From assembly GCA_964540815.1 (NCBI GenBank), contig CAZIOH010000007.1:43867-107866 (forward strand): DNA of 64,000 nucleotides. Reading direction: 5' to 3'. Below the pieces are notes generated by a model. That model was not told the DNA's origin and did no database searches. It saw only the letters and a list, made by a program, of their open reading frames with translations. This DNA comes from an uncultured Myxococcales bacterium (GTDB lineage Bacteria; Myxococcota_A; Polyangia; Fen-1088). Position numbers and translations under genes: made by a program. This document shows, in pieces, positions 1 to 10,361 of the stretch; the first letter of the stretch is position 1; every line of letters begins with the position of its first letter.

Positions 1-1475
1 GCGGGCCAGGCCCGATCACCCCGGACCCTGCCACCGCCGCGCGCCTCGCGCCCGAGCTGGCCGAGGCCTGCGCGCGCGAGCGGGTGCCGGTCTCGGCCGC
101 GCCCGTCCGGGGTTCCCTGTCCCGGGAGGCCTTCCTCATCTACGTGCTCGAGATCATGCGACGCCGCGCCGGCGCCGAGGTCGCCGTGATCAACCGCGCG
201 GCGGTGAGGCGGACGCCCTTTCCACTCGTCGGACGCATCACCCGCGGCGATCTGCTCGGTGCCCTGCCCTACCCGGCGGTGATCGGAACGGCCCGCATGA
301 CCGGTGGCGCGCTCGAAGCCACCCTCGGTCCCAGCGTGACCGCGAGCTCGGCACCGGGCACGGGTCCATCGCGGACGGAGGAGTCGAGGCTGGCGACTGT
401 GGGGCTCACGCGCTCGGGAGGCGCGCTGCTCGTCAACGGCCGCCCGCTCGACAAGGCCCGCGACTACCAGATCGCCACCATCGGCTTCGTGGCCTCGGGG
501 GGCGATGGTCTGGTCGCCGCGGGAGCGATGCGCTGGAACCCCGTCGAGGGCGCCCCCGATCTGCGCGCGGCGGTGGCCAGCTTCCTGGAGGCCGACACCG
601 CCGCCGCGGACGGCGATCCCACGGTCGATCCCCGAACCGACTTTGGTGCCGGGGCCGACGCCCGGACCCTGGTGATCGGCCTGACCGATCTCGGAGTCGA
701 CGTGTCGGATACCCGCATCTCCAACCGAGCCGACTACGGCGACGCGCAGCTCGCGCGCGCGGACCAGCTCGTGCTGAAGGGGGACGCAACCGGAATCCTG
801 CAGCTCCGCCATCCCATTCACGAGGCCGATACCCGCCTCAACCTGAAGTATGCCTGGACGCGCAGTCGCCCCATCGACGCACCAGCCACCTCGGGGGAGA
901 CCACCGATCTGATCACCTTCTCCTCGCTCTACAACTATCGAGGTTGGCGGCTCCGGCGGCCGAACCCGCGGCGCGAGGTCCCCGATCCCTACGCCCGGAT
1001 CGGCATCGAATCGGAGTTCACCCGCCCGCCGGTGACCCCGACCCAGCCGCGCACCTTCCACCATCTCGAGCTCACCCAGACCATTGGTGCCATGTTCACG
1101 CTGGTGCCGGCGCTGAAGGTGCGCGCGGGCGCGGGCGGGCGCAAGGAGCTGCTGGCCACGGCCGAAGAGGGTCGCTGGCGTCCCGTCCTCGAGGCCGGAG
1201 CGGGGCTGTCACCGGTGGGATTTCCCCTCCCGGGGACGCCGCTCGCGGTGAAGCTCGAGGGCCTGCTCGACTACACCTTCGTGGATCCGGCGGGCCTCCG
1301 CGAGCATGAGCTGCGTGGCAGCGGCAAGCTCTCGGTGCCCTTGTTGCCGCTGCTGTTCATCACCGCCGGGCTGGACGTCTTCGCGGTCGAGCGCCAGGGG
1401 CAGGGGTGGGGGGCCTCGTACGACACCACGGTCGGTCTGCGCATCCACCTCGACGCCGCCCACCAATCGCTCTGA
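1..1475 (+). CDS. 5'-nucleotidase family protein, C-terminal domain plus about 300 aa of uncharacterised C-terminal region (5'-partial; the frame is open from the window edge)
   Basis: Frame is open from nt 3 with no stop before the listed ORF. Motif RITRGDLLGALPYPAVIGTARMTGGALEATL resembles the 5'-nucleotidase C-terminal substrate-binding domain. Stop at 1473-1475. Confidence 0.6.
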   Translation, partial: GPGPITPDPATAARLAPELAEACARERVPVSAAPVRGSLSREAFLIYVLEIMRRRAGAEVAVINRAAVRRTPFPLVGRITRGDLLGALPYPAVIGTARMTGGALEATLGPSVTASSAPGTGPSRTEESRLATVGLTRSGGALLVNGRPLDKARDYQIATIGFVASGGDGLVAAGAMRWNPVEGAPDLRAAVASFLEADTAAADGDPTVDPRTDFGAGADARTLVIGLTDLGVDVSDTRISNRADYGDAQLARADQLVLKGDATGILQLRHPIHEADTRLNLKYAWTRSRPIDAPATSGETTDLITFSSLYNYRGWRLRRPNPRREVPDPYARIGIESEFTRPPVTPTQPRTFHHLELTQTIGAMFTLVPALKVRAGAGGRKELLATAEEGRWRPVLEAGAGLSPVGFPLPGTPLAVKLEGLLDYTFVDPAGLREHELRGSGKLSVPLLPLLFITAGLDVFAVERQGQGWGASYDTTVGLRIHLDAAHQSL

Positions 1476-1515
1476 CCCGGGCCTGACGGACGACACGGAG
1501 ACGGAGAAGGAGACC

Positions 1516-4500
1516 TCAGGGATCTCGACCCCTGAGTGCCTTCGCGAGGCGGCTGAGGTTCGCCACCGCCGCGACCAATTCTGTGGGCTCGATGGGTTTG
1601 GACAGGTGCATGTTGAACCCCGCCTGCAGCGCCCTCCTGCGATCGTCGACGGTGGTGTACCCCGTCAAGCACGCCGCCGGCGTGTCGCCGCCGCGCTCGG
1701 CGGGAAGGGCGCGGACCCGCGCGATCAAGCCGTAGCCGTCCTCGTGGTGCATCCCGATGTCGCACAAGAGCACATCGGGTGCCTCCGCTTCGAAGGCCAA
1801 GAAGGCCGCCGCCGCCGAGGCCGCCATCTTCACGACCGCCCCGCACTCGGCCAGGACCGCCGCCACCAGCTCGCGGGCGTCAGGCTCGTCGTCGACGACC
1901 AGGAGGCGGAGCTCGCGCAGCTCCGCCGGCCGCTCGAACTCGAGCCGGGTGTGCGCCGCCGCCCGAGCCGAAGCCGGCGCGGGTGGTGCGCGCCGCAACA
2001 CGGCCACCGGAACCCGAACGATGAAGGTCGCCCCCTGCCCGAGCCCATCGCTGCGCGCCTCGATGGTCCCGCCATGCATCTCGACCAGGTTCTTCGCGAT
2101 GGCGAGACCGAGACCGAGCCCGCCGTGCTGTCTGGTGGTGGACGAGTCAGCTTGCTTGAAGCGATCGAAGACCTGCGGGAGAAACGTGGCCGAGATCCCC
2201 TGTCCGCTATCGGAGACGCAGAGTTCGAGGTGCGAGTCGTCGCGACGAAGCACGACGCGAATCAGGCCACCGCGCGGGGTGAACTTGGTGGCGTTGGTGA
2301 GGAGGTTCCACACGATCTGCTGAAGCCTCCCCGCGTCGCCGGACAGCATGCCTTCGGTATCGAGGACCACCGAGAGGCGCAGTCCCTTCGCCTCGACGGC
2401 TGGGCGCGCCGACTCGACCGCGGCCTCGATGACGCGAGCAAACGAGACCGTCTGGACGTCGAGCGGCAGCTTCCCCGAGGTGATCCGCGAGACGTCGAGC
2501 AGGTCATCGACCAGCTGGGCCTGGCTGACGGCGCTCCGCTCGATGGTCTCGAGCGCGGTGGCGGCCCGGTCCGCGGACAGCGACCCGGTCCGCAAGAGCC
2601 GGGTCCATCCCAGGATGGCGTTGAGTGGATTGCGCAGCTCGTGGCTGACCACGGCCAGGAATTCGTCCTTGGCACGGCTGGCCGACTCGGCGGCCTGTCG
2701 GGAGCTCTCGGCGCGGGCGAGCAGGCCCTGGCGCTCCGCCTCGGCCGCTCTTGCGCAGGTGACGTCGAAGAACGAAGACACCACGCCCGAGACCTTGCCG
2801 TGCAGATCGAACAGGGGCTGCGCGTTGACGGACAGCCACACCAGTCGACCGTCAGGCCGCGGCACGCCCATGATCTGGTTCGAGACCGGGCGTCCCTCGT
2901 GAAGCGCACGCACGGACGCCCGCTCTTCGTTGGGCAGCGGCGTGCCGTCCTCTCGGACCCTGCGCCAGCGTGGGTCGAACGAGGTCCGGGCGGCGAGCTG
3001 GTCGGCAGGGAGGCCGAGGAGGCGCTCGGCGCTGGCGTTGGCAAAGTGAATGGCGCCGTCGACGCCGAGCAGGAGGACGCCTTCTTCGAGCGCGGCCATG
3101 ATGGCCCGGCCGCGCTCCTCGCTGTCTCGCAGCGCGAGCTCGGTGCGTTTGCGATCGGTGATGTCGGCGAACGACGAGATGCCTGCCACCAGGCGGTGCG
3201 CGTCATCATAGATCGGCGCCGAGTTGACCAGCAGCGTGCGGTGGCTGCCGTCACGCCGCACGAAGCGGACCTCCTCATCGAGGACGAGCTCTCCGCGCAG
3301 GGCGCGGAGCAGCGGGAACTCCCTGATGGCGTAGGGCCGACCGTCACGGTGCAGGGCGGTGTACGCACCGAACTCGGCGAGGGACTCGGTGTGCAGCGCG
3401 GGGTGGCCGATGATGGTCTCGGCGAGCGCGTTCGAGAGGAGGGTCTTCCCGGATGGGTCCGCGATCATGATGCCAGCCGGCATCTGGTTGATTGCGCCCT
3501 CCAGGAACTGCCGGGACGCTTCGACCGAGCGCCGCGCGACCACCTGCTCGGTGACGTCGACGGCAAAGAGCATCACCCCGTCGATCACCCCGTGGGAGTC
3601 GCGGGTGACCTGGTTGATCCCGTCGAAGTACCGTTGCTCCAGGCGACCGTCGTCCTGGCGATCGAGCCGCGCCGGAAACTCCCGTGCCGTGAAGGGCTCT
3701 CCGGTGGCATAGATTCCTTCGAAGATATCCCAGACGCCTTGGGCGTTCAGCTCGGGCAAGGCCTCCCGGCCCGGCTTGCCGATCAGATCCTCGGGCCGCC
3801 GACCCACCAGGCGACAATAGCGGTCGTTCGCGAGCTCGAAGATCAACCGCGGCCCGTGCAAGACCGCAATCGACGCCGGCGCCCCGAGCAGGAAGGACTG
3901 CAACCGCTGGCGCTCGCTCTCGGCGTAGGCCATGGCGGTGGTGTTGGCGATGGCGGCCACGATCTGCTCTCCGGCCAGCTCGAAGAAGGCCTGGTAGTCC
4001 GCATCGAAGGCGCGGCGTGGGCTGAGGCCAGCCACGAGAAAACCGTGGGCCGCGCCCAGGCCGGGTCGCTCGAGGGAGAGCACGATCGCGCTGGTGATCG
4101 GTTCTGGATACGGGCCGCCGTGGATCTCGCCGAGGCGCGCCTGAACGTCGCCGATCTTCCAGGAGCGGGCCGGCGGCGTGAGCGCCGGGGGAAAGAGCGG
4201 CCAGATCGCGGGCTCGGCATCAGAGGGCGCCAGCGGGAGCGTGGCTGGGCGCGCGGCGGGCTGGTCGTCGAGCCCGGTCCACGCCACCAGCCTCGCGCGG
4301 TTCGGATCCCCGCCTCGCAGATAGAAGAGGGCAAAGGGCACGTCCTCGCTGGACTCGGCCAGAGTGTCGCGGGCCACCTGGCACACCTCGAGCGGCGTCC
4401 GCACGCTGGACAGGCCCGCCGCGAGCTTGCGAAGGGCGCGCAGCCGTCGTTCGGCGAGGACGCGCTCGGTCGTCTCGTATATCACGCCGAGCACCCCACC

Positions 4501-4947
4501 GATGCCTCCGCGGTCATCGCTGAGGGGGCTGTACGAGAGGGTGAAGAAGCACTCTTCCAGATAGCCGTTGCGGTCGAGCGGGAGGCTGCCATCGGCCAGC
4601 GCCACCGCTTCGCCCGCCATCACCCGATGAAACATGGGGCCGACGATGTGCCAGAGCTCGGCGAAGCTGTCCGCGGTCCGGCTGCCCATGGCGCCGGGAT
4701 ACTTGCTCGCGCCCAGGACGGGGCGGTACGCGTCGTTGTGGAGGAAGATGAACTCGGGTCCCCAAAGGATTCGCATCGCGAAGCGGGAAGCGAGCATCAT
4801 TCCGACTGCCGTCCGCAGCGTGGTCGGCCAGCCAGACACCGGACCGAGCGGATTTTTGGACCAGTCAATCGCACGAAGCAGCGCACCGGCATCACCGCCA
4901 CCGGCCAGGCAGGGGTCGACGACCGGCTCGGCTGACGAAGCGCTCAT
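1516..4947 (-). CDS. Hybrid sensor histidine kinase (GAF, multiple PAS, HisKA, HATPase_c, C-terminal receiver)
   Basis: H-box EFLAVVSHELRNPLNAILGW, ATPase G-boxes (GGLGLGLAI), C-terminal LLVVDDEPD...LLCDIGM receiver. Start placed at the internal ATG (MSASSAEP, 4947..4945). The ORF-track extension up to 5451 overlaps the divergent response regulator gene and is Arg/His-rich junk. Confidence 0.8.
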   Translation of the reverse strand: MSASSAEPVVDPCLAGGGDAGALLRAIDWSKNPLGPVSGWPTTLRTAVGMMLASRFAMRILWGPEFIFLHNDAYRPVLGASKYPGAMGSRTADSFAELWHIVGPMFHRVMAGEAVALADGSLPLDRNGYLEECFFTLSYSPLSDDRGGIGGVLGVIYETTERVLAERRLRALRKLAAGLSSVRTPLEVCQVARDTLAESSEDVPFALFYLRGGDPNRARLVAWTGLDDQPAARPATLPLAPSDAEPAIWPLFPPALTPPARSWKIGDVQARLGEIHGGPYPEPITSAIVLSLERPGLGAAHGFLVAGLSPRRAFDADYQAFFELAGEQIVAAIANTTAMAYAESERQRLQSFLLGAPASIAVLHGPRLIFELANDRYCRLVGRRPEDLIGKPGREALPELNAQGVWDIFEGIYATGEPFTAREFPARLDRQDDGRLEQRYFDGINQVTRDSHGVIDGVMLFAVDVTEQVVARRSVEASRQFLEGAINQMPAGIMIADPSGKTLLSNALAETIIGHPALHTESLAEFGAYTALHRDGRPYAIREFPLLRALRGELVLDEEVRFVRRDGSHRTLLVNSAPIYDDAHRLVAGISSFADITDRKRTELALRDSEERGRAIMAALEEGVLLLGVDGAIHFANASAERLLGLPADQLAARTSFDPRWRRVREDGTPLPNEERASVRALHEGRPVSNQIMGVPRPDGRLVWLSVNAQPLFDLHGKVSGVVSSFFDVTCARAAEAERQGLLARAESSRQAAESASRAKDEFLAVVSHELRNPLNAILGWTRLLRTGSLSADRAATALETIERSAVSQAQLVDDLLDVSRITSGKLPLDVQTVSFARVIEAAVESARPAVEAKGLRLSVVLDTEGMLSGDAGRLQQIVWNLLTNATKFTPRGGLIRVVLRRDDSHLELCVSDSGQGISATFLPQVFDRFKQADSSTTRQHGGLGLGLAIAKNLVEMHGGTIEARSDGLGQGATFIVRVPVAVLRRAPPAPASARAAAHTRLEFERPAELRELRLLVVDDEPDARELVAAVLAECGAVVKMAASAAAAFLAFEAEAPDVLLCDIGMHHEDGYGLIARVRALPAERGGDTPAACLTGYTTVDDRRRALQAGFNMHLSKPIEPTELVAAVANLSRLAKALRGRDP

Positions 4948-5136
4948 GCGACCGGAAAGATAACCACAGGGGTAGGCTCCCGCGAATGGGCGCCCATCAC
5001 GCTCGATCCGGGCCTCCAGCCATACGCGGCCCACCCCAGTTGTAACCATCTGGAAACAATCCGCGGCCTCGAGAGAGACCGTAGGGCCTGAAAGCAGCGG
5101 CGCCGCAAGAGGTCGCCAGACGGCACGCTTCTTGAT

Positions 5137-5553
5137 GTGAGCATGCAGGAGGTGAAGATGGCCCCTACCCACATGGTAACCTCTGTACTGGTCGTGGACG
5201 ACGACGCCGACGTCAGGGAGGGGCTCTGCGACCTGCTCGTCGAGGAAGGGTTCTCGGTGGCGTCGGCTGCCAATGGAGCCGATGCGCTGGATCATCTCAG
5301 GCAACCCTGTCTGCCCGACGTGGTCCTTCTGGATCTGCGAATGCCGGAGATGGACGGGTACGAATTCCTGAAGTGTCGGCAGGCGGACGAGAAGCTGCGC
5401 GATGTGCCGGTGATCGTGGTGAGCGCGACGCCCGAAGCCCACCGGTTGCACTTCCCGATCCGGGCCATGCTCGTGAAGCCGCTCAACTTTCAGCGACTGC
5501 TCGCCCTGCTCAACGGGGGGGCACCGCTGGCGGCGTCACCCACCACCGGTTAG
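5137..5553 (+). CDS. Single-domain response regulator (CheY-like receiver)
   Basis: VLVVDDDADVRE...DVVLLDLRMPEMDGYEF...VPVIVVSA. Divergent from the hybrid HK with a 190-nt shared promoter region. Start could be 5137, 5143 or 5158. Confidence 0.8.
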   Translation: MSMQEVKMAPTHMVTSVLVVDDDADVREGLCDLLVEEGFSVASAANGADALDHLRQPCLPDVVLLDLRMPEMDGYEFLKCRQADEKLRDVPVIVVSATPEAHRLHFPIRAMLVKPLNFQRLLALLNGGAPLAASPTTG

Positions 5554-5668
5554 CAGCCATGCCTTCGGTCAGCGTCCGATGGGACGACTGTCCTGACCGC
5601 GCGCGAGGACCGGCCCGGATCGTCGGCCGAAGGTGATGTCGCTTCGACGGCGGCGCACGGAGCGAGGA

Positions 5669-6694
5669 CTACCCCGAGCGCGGGGGCCGAACTGGCGCCG
5701 CGGGGACCTCCTGCACCACCTCGCGTGCGGGCTTGTCCGCGCGCAGGCCCTGAAACGAGGGATGTCTGAGCTTGCCGTCCCGGGTCAGCTCGCCGAAGGC
5801 GATCTCGGCCACCAGCTGCGGCTTCACCCAGTGAATCTGCCGGCCTGCGCCAGGGATGGCACTGGCGAACGGTGAGCGGTCCGTCACGATGGCATCCAGC
5901 CGCCTCCGCAGCTCGAGCGCCACCTTCTGGGAGAACCCGGTGCCGACCTTTCCCGCCGGCACGAGGGCGTCGGCGCGGTAGAAACCCACGAGGAGGGCAC
6001 CGATGCCCTCCCGCGCGCCCTCGGGCTCGGTGAACCCGCCGATCACCAGCTCCTGCCGGCGCAGCGCCTTGGTCTTGACCCAGCCCGGACCGCGGCCGCC
6101 ATGGTACGGGTCGTTCCGGCGCTTCGAGACGATGCCCTCGAGCCCCGCGGCGCGGGCCTTCTGGAAGAAGGCCGGTCCGTTCCCGAGAACGTGGTCGGTA
6201 TAACGGATCACGCCGCCGGACCCGCTCCGCCTGTCGGACCCGAGGAGGCGCGCCAGGGCCACCTTGCGCTCCTCGAGGGGCAACGGCCGCAGATCGCGAC
6301 CGCCGAGGAAGAGCAGATCGAACGCGAAGTAGACCAGCTGCCCGGGGGCGTCGCCCCCGAGGTGATTCTGCAGCGCCTGAAAGCTGGTGGTCCCGTCCGG
6401 CCTCAGGATGGCGATCTCACCGTCGAGGAGCGCGCCGCTCGCGTCGAGCCCGGCCGCAGCATCGGCCACGGGCTGGAAGCGGTCGGTCCAGTCTTGGCCC
6501 GTGCGGGTGAAGAGCGTCACCCGCGGGCCCACGACGCGGCACTCGATTCGATACCCGTCGAACTTGACCTCGTGGAGCCAGTCGTCCCCAGCGGGCGCTC
6601 GGTCGACCAGGGTGGCCAGCTGCGGGGGAACGAAGGCGATGGTCGCGTGGTCCGTTCCCCCCGGGCCGGCTCCCATCTTCTTTGCCATCCTCAT
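5669..6694 (-). CDS. ATP-dependent DNA ligase (LigD-ligase-domain-like, stand-alone)
   Basis: Motif I KxDGxR present as EVKFDGYR. Overall adenylation plus OB-domain layout of NHEJ-type ligases. 341 aa. Confidence 0.8.
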   Translation of the reverse strand: MRMAKKMGAGPGGTDHATIAFVPPQLATLVDRAPAGDDWLHEVKFDGYRIECRVVGPRVTLFTRTGQDWTDRFQPVADAAAGLDASGALLDGEIAILRPDGTTSFQALQNHLGGDAPGQLVYFAFDLLFLGGRDLRPLPLEERKVALARLLGSDRRSGSGGVIRYTDHVLGNGPAFFQKARAAGLEGIVSKRRNDPYHGGRGPGWVKTKALRRQELVIGGFTEPEGAREGIGALLVGFYRADALVPAGKVGTGFSQKVALELRRRLDAIVTDRSPFASAIPGAGRQIHWVKPQLVAEIAFGELTRDGKLRHPSFQGLRADKPAREVVQEVPAAPVRPPRSG

Positions 6695-7601
6695 CCCACC
6701 CGTTCTACCTGGGCGGAGGCGCCCAGCAAGTGCCCGGCGGGGCAGGTATCGCCTGCCTCGAGGGTCTGGTTGGAGTGGCGAGATGGCAGAACCGTCGCAG
6801 GGTCAAGGACCGCGCTTTGACTTCGGGACCGAGCATGAAAGAAACCTCCCCCCAGGCCATGAACACCGGCGCTCCCGGACCGTCGCTCGCCGACGAAAGA
6901 AACGTCGGCGGCCCGCGGCCCAGCGATGGAATTCTGCCGATCGTGGGTCTCGGCGGATCGGCTGGCGGCATCGCGGCGTTGCAGGGATTCTTGGCGGCGA
7001 CGCCGGTGGATTCCGGGATGGCGTTCGTGGTCATCCTGCACCTTTCGCCGCATCACGAGAGCACGCTGGCGGAGATGTTCCAGCGCTCAACGGCGATGCC
7101 GGTGGTGGCGGCGACGAACGGGGTGACGGTCAAACCGAACTCCGTGTACGTGATCCCACCGGCGGTCATCGTATCCTCATCGTGGACGACAACATGGACG
7201 CGGCCGACTCGCTCGGCCAGCTTCGCGAGATGATGGGGAACCACGTCCTCACGGCCTATGACGGGGAGTCCGGCATCGAGGCGGCGCGGGCGTTCCAGCC
7301 CGGCGTCGTGCTGTGCGACATCGGCATGCCGAAGATGAACGGGTACGACACCGCCCGCAGCATCCGGGCCGAGGCGTGGGGCAAAGACACGGTCCTGGTG
7401 GCGCTGACCGGATGGAGTCAGGAGGACGACCTGCGAAAGAGTGCGGACGCCGGGTTCGATCACCACTTGATCAAGCCGGTCGAAGCCGCCGCGCTGATGA
7501 AGCTATTGGCCGGCTTGCGGACGGCAAGCCTGAAGTCGGGGCAGAGAAAATCCGACGGCTGGAGCTCTTTCAGCCCACAGAAGACCCCGAAGTCTCGATA
7601 G
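6682..7601 (+). pseudogene. Remnant of a multidomain chemotaxis-type sensor: CheB-methylesterase N-terminal fragment joined out of frame to a C-terminal receiver domain
   Basis: Frame 1 (6682..7233) reads IVGLGGSAGGIAALQGFLAATPVDSGMAFVVILHLSPHHESTLAEMF...NSVYVIPP (CheB_methylest). Frame 0 continues from about 7160 as HRILIVDDNMDAADS...VVLCDIGMPKMNGYD...HLIKPV (REC). No start codon precedes the REC. Junction near 7165-7185. Confidence 0.45.
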
Positions 7602-7849
7602 CCCCGGGTGTCGCCGTGACGGCGTTCCAGCGGCAGCCTCGTCCGCCGGTTCTTGATCCTCCTGTCGGGTCGCGAAGGGTCGTGTCACCGCGGTCATGAG
7701 CGTGGACGGGAGGGGCGCACGCCGTCGACGCGCCCGAGGGTTGGTGATCAGCCGGTCGTCCCCCGGTGCTTCCCCCGAAGGAACGCAGTCCGGACGATGG
7801 GGAGCTCGTCGGCTCGCCGGAGCGTGGCGAGGCATGCGATGATGTGCCG

Positions 7850-8800
7850 ATGCCAAGATTCGCTGTCCAAGTCGGGGAAGTCGTGCATGCGCCCGGGCCG
7901 CAGGTGGTAGCGGGGCGAGTCCGTCGGATCTCGCGCCGAGGGTCTCGGGTCGCCATCGCCTTGGGTGTCCTGCTGCCCCTCGCTCCCGTCCCAAGAGCCG
8001 TGTACGCAGCGGTGACCATCACCACCCAGCGGGGAACGCGCCCTGCCTCGACCCTCCGTGCTGACGGCGATCGCCTGCGAATCGATCACCCCGCGCCTGA
8101 ACCCGGCGGGCGGGCGACCGTCATCCTGCTGGACGCGGCGGCCAAGCGGATGGTCACCCTGGACGAATCGACCAAGAGCTACACGGAGATCACCGAAGAG
8201 GACATGAAGCGGCTGAGCGGACAGATGGAGGGCTTTCGCGCGCAAATGCAAGAGCGGATGAAGAGCATGCCGCCCGAGCAGCGTCAAAAGATGGAGGAGC
8301 TGATGACCCGCGGCGGCGGTGGCCTGGGGGCTGGCGCCGTTTCCAAGAAGCAGAGCGATTGGGTATTCGAAGCGCTCGGGCAGAAGAAGACCGTCAACGG
8401 GTTCAGGTGCGAGATGTATCGCGTGAAGGTGGATGGAAAGCCCCGCGAGGAGGACTGCATTTCGCCGTGGAGCGCAGGCGTGGTCAAGCGTGAGGATTTT
8501 GCGGGTCTGGCGAGATTCGGCGAGGAGATGGTGAAGGGGCTCGGCGGAGGCGGCGCAACACGGGCCGGCGAAGCCTTCCTCAGGTTCGACAAGGCCCCGG
8601 GCCTCCCCATCTCGCGCGTGCCGCTCGATGCGGACGGCAAACCGGGCGAGGAGGAGCAGATCAAGACCATCAAGCGAGGGGAGATCGCGCCGGCCCTGTT
8701 CGCCGTTCCCTTGGGGTTCACGAAGAAGGAGCTTCCTTTCAAGCCGGGCGGCCCGGGTGGGCCGGGTGGCGCCCGCAGAGGAACGGGCGACGCTCATTGA
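7850..8800 (+). CDS. Secreted hypothetical protein (DUF4412-like)
   Basis: Signal-peptide-like RRISRRGSRVAIALGVLLPLAPVPRAVYAAV. Body with ordinary protein composition (KSYTEITEEDMKRLSGQMEGFRAQMQERMKSMPPEQRQKMEELM). Start at ATG 7850; the 7766 extension is less likely. Confidence 0.55.
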   Translation: MPRFAVQVGEVVHAPGPQVVAGRVRRISRRGSRVAIALGVLLPLAPVPRAVYAAVTITTQRGTRPASTLRADGDRLRIDHPAPEPGGRATVILLDAAAKRMVTLDESTKSYTEITEEDMKRLSGQMEGFRAQMQERMKSMPPEQRQKMEELMTRGGGGLGAGAVSKKQSDWVFEALGQKKTVNGFRCEMYRVKVDGKPREEDCISPWSAGVVKREDFAGLARFGEEMVKGLGGGGATRAGEAFLRFDKAPGLPISRVPLDADGKPGEEEQIKTIKRGEIAPALFAVPLGFTKKELPFKPGGPGGPGGARRGTGDAH

Positions 8801-9101
8801 GGCTCCCGAGCGCCGTCACCGGGACCGTCACCGTCTGATTCGGCCAGCGACGCCGCCGCGTGCTGGCGCTGGGTGGCCGACCTCCTCCCTGGCTGTGGTC
8901 GCCCAGGTGCCGCTCGCCTGATGGCGTTTCCACCAATACCCATGATGCCCCCCGCCGTTACCGGTGCCGCCCTTTCTGCGCCGCGGCCCCTGCCGCCGCT
9001 CCGGGCGGGAACGATGAGGAATGGCGCCGGCCCCGAGCTTTGGCGCTCGATCTTGGGCTGGCACGATGCGTGTAGGAATGGAGGCCTCAGGAGGACTCCA
9101 C

Positions 9102-9734
9102 ATGGAAACGACAGATGACCGGAGCTCGGAAAGCGAGCACGGGAAGGGCAATCACGGGGAAGGCAATCACGGAAGGATCGCGTGTCTCCTCGCCGATGGG
9201 TTCGAGGATTCGGAATTCGATGTTCCCCGCCAGCGGCTGGAAGCTGCCGGCTACCACGTCGACGTCATTGGCGCGAAGGTCGGCCAGGAGCTGAGAGGTT
9301 ACAAGGGACGCGTGACGACCCGGACAACGCTGGCCGTCGGCGATGCCAGGGCCGAAGCCTACGAAGGCCTGCTGATTCCTGGCGGGCACTCTCCGGACGC
9401 TCTGCGGGCCGATCAGCGCTTCGTGAGCTTCGTTCAGACCTTCGAGCAGACGAAGCGCCCCCTGGCGGCCGTCTGCCACGGGCCGCAGTTGCTGATGACG
9501 GCCGGCCTGGTGAAGGGGCGCAGGTTGACCGCGTGGCCGACGATCCAGGAGGACCTGCGTCAGGTCGGCGCCCATGTCGAGGACGAGCAGGTGGTTGTAG
9601 ACGGCAACTGGATCACCAGCCGCAAGCCCGAGGATCTGGAGGCCTTCAGCGCCAAGCTGATCGAGGAGCTCGGCGAGCTGGAGTCACGCGGGCTATGGCC
9701 GCTGACCGATAGTCCCTCGCAGCTCGGTGTGTGA
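9102..9734 (+). CDS. DJ-1/PfpI family protein (class I glutamine amidotransferase-like)
   Basis: AGGAGG Shine-Dalgarno 8 nt upstream of ATG 9102. LIPGGHSPDALRAD...AAVCHGPQLL nucleophile-elbow Cys-His signature of the PfpI/DJ-1 family. Confidence 0.8.
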   Translation: METTDDRSSESEHGKGNHGEGNHGRIACLLADGFEDSEFDVPRQRLEAAGYHVDVIGAKVGQELRGYKGRVTTRTTLAVGDARAEAYEGLLIPGGHSPDALRADQRFVSFVQTFEQTKRPLAAVCHGPQLLMTAGLVKGRRLTAWPTIQEDLRQVGAHVEDEQVVVDGNWITSRKPEDLEAFSAKLIEELGELESRGLWPLTDSPSQLGV

Positions 9735-9851
9735 CTGCCGCGAGCCGCGTCTCGAAACGCCTCCTCTCGCCAGCGCCCTCGCTCGTTGCCGAGCATCGAT
9801 CGCACCGCCGAGGTAACCTCATTCGATGCGTGAGCCGGCACGGCCGCGCAC

Positions 9852-10316
9852 ATGGATGAGATCGCCGATGCCGAGCCCGGCGTGTGGATGCGGCGCCTGG
9901 ACGCGGAGATAGTGCCACCCCTCAGCGACTACGCCGCCTTCTGGTCGGCAGGGATCGCCTTTGTCTTCCTCACCTGCGGCCGCTGGCAGCACTATCACAC
10001 CCCCAACGATACGCCCGAGAAGCTCGACTACCCGAAAATGGCGGCGCTCGCTCGCTGGTTAGAGCGCTGGACCCGCGATACATGCGCCCGTTCCGAGCCG
10101 CGGATACGGTTCGCCAACACGCGCGACGACGCGGCCAGCGTGCGCACCCTGATTGCCCTGACCCAGGCGTTGGAACCGATCGCACCACGGGCAGCCCTTG
10201 GCCGGCGTCTGGCCGAGTCGTTGCTCGCCAGGTGCGACGCGCGAGGGCGCTTGGCGAAGGCCGACCTGCAGGTCATCCAAGCCCTGATGCACGAACTGGA
10301 GTCGGATCTCGGCTGA
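9852..10316 (+). pseudogene. C-terminal fragment of an M28-family metallopeptidase
   Basis: GRWQHYHTPNDTPEKLDY is the conserved C-terminal region of M28 aminopeptidases. No N-terminal catalytic part in any frame between 9735 and 9852. Confidence 0.5.
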
Positions 10317-10361
10317 CGATTCGGTTCGGTCGGCCTACTCGGTGGTCGTGTGCGCTTCCCC

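Noticed and set aside
1306-4935. 1209-aa plus-strand ORF antisense to the hybrid histidine kinase
   Set aside because: Arg/Gly/Pro-rich, no motifs. It is the typical shadow ORF of a 70% GC genome. The minus-strand product has unmistakable HK domains.
7748-8797. 349-aa minus-strand ORF antisense to the DUF4412-like gene
   Set aside because: Low-complexity Arg/Leu/Gly composition. The plus-strand product has normal composition and a signal peptide.
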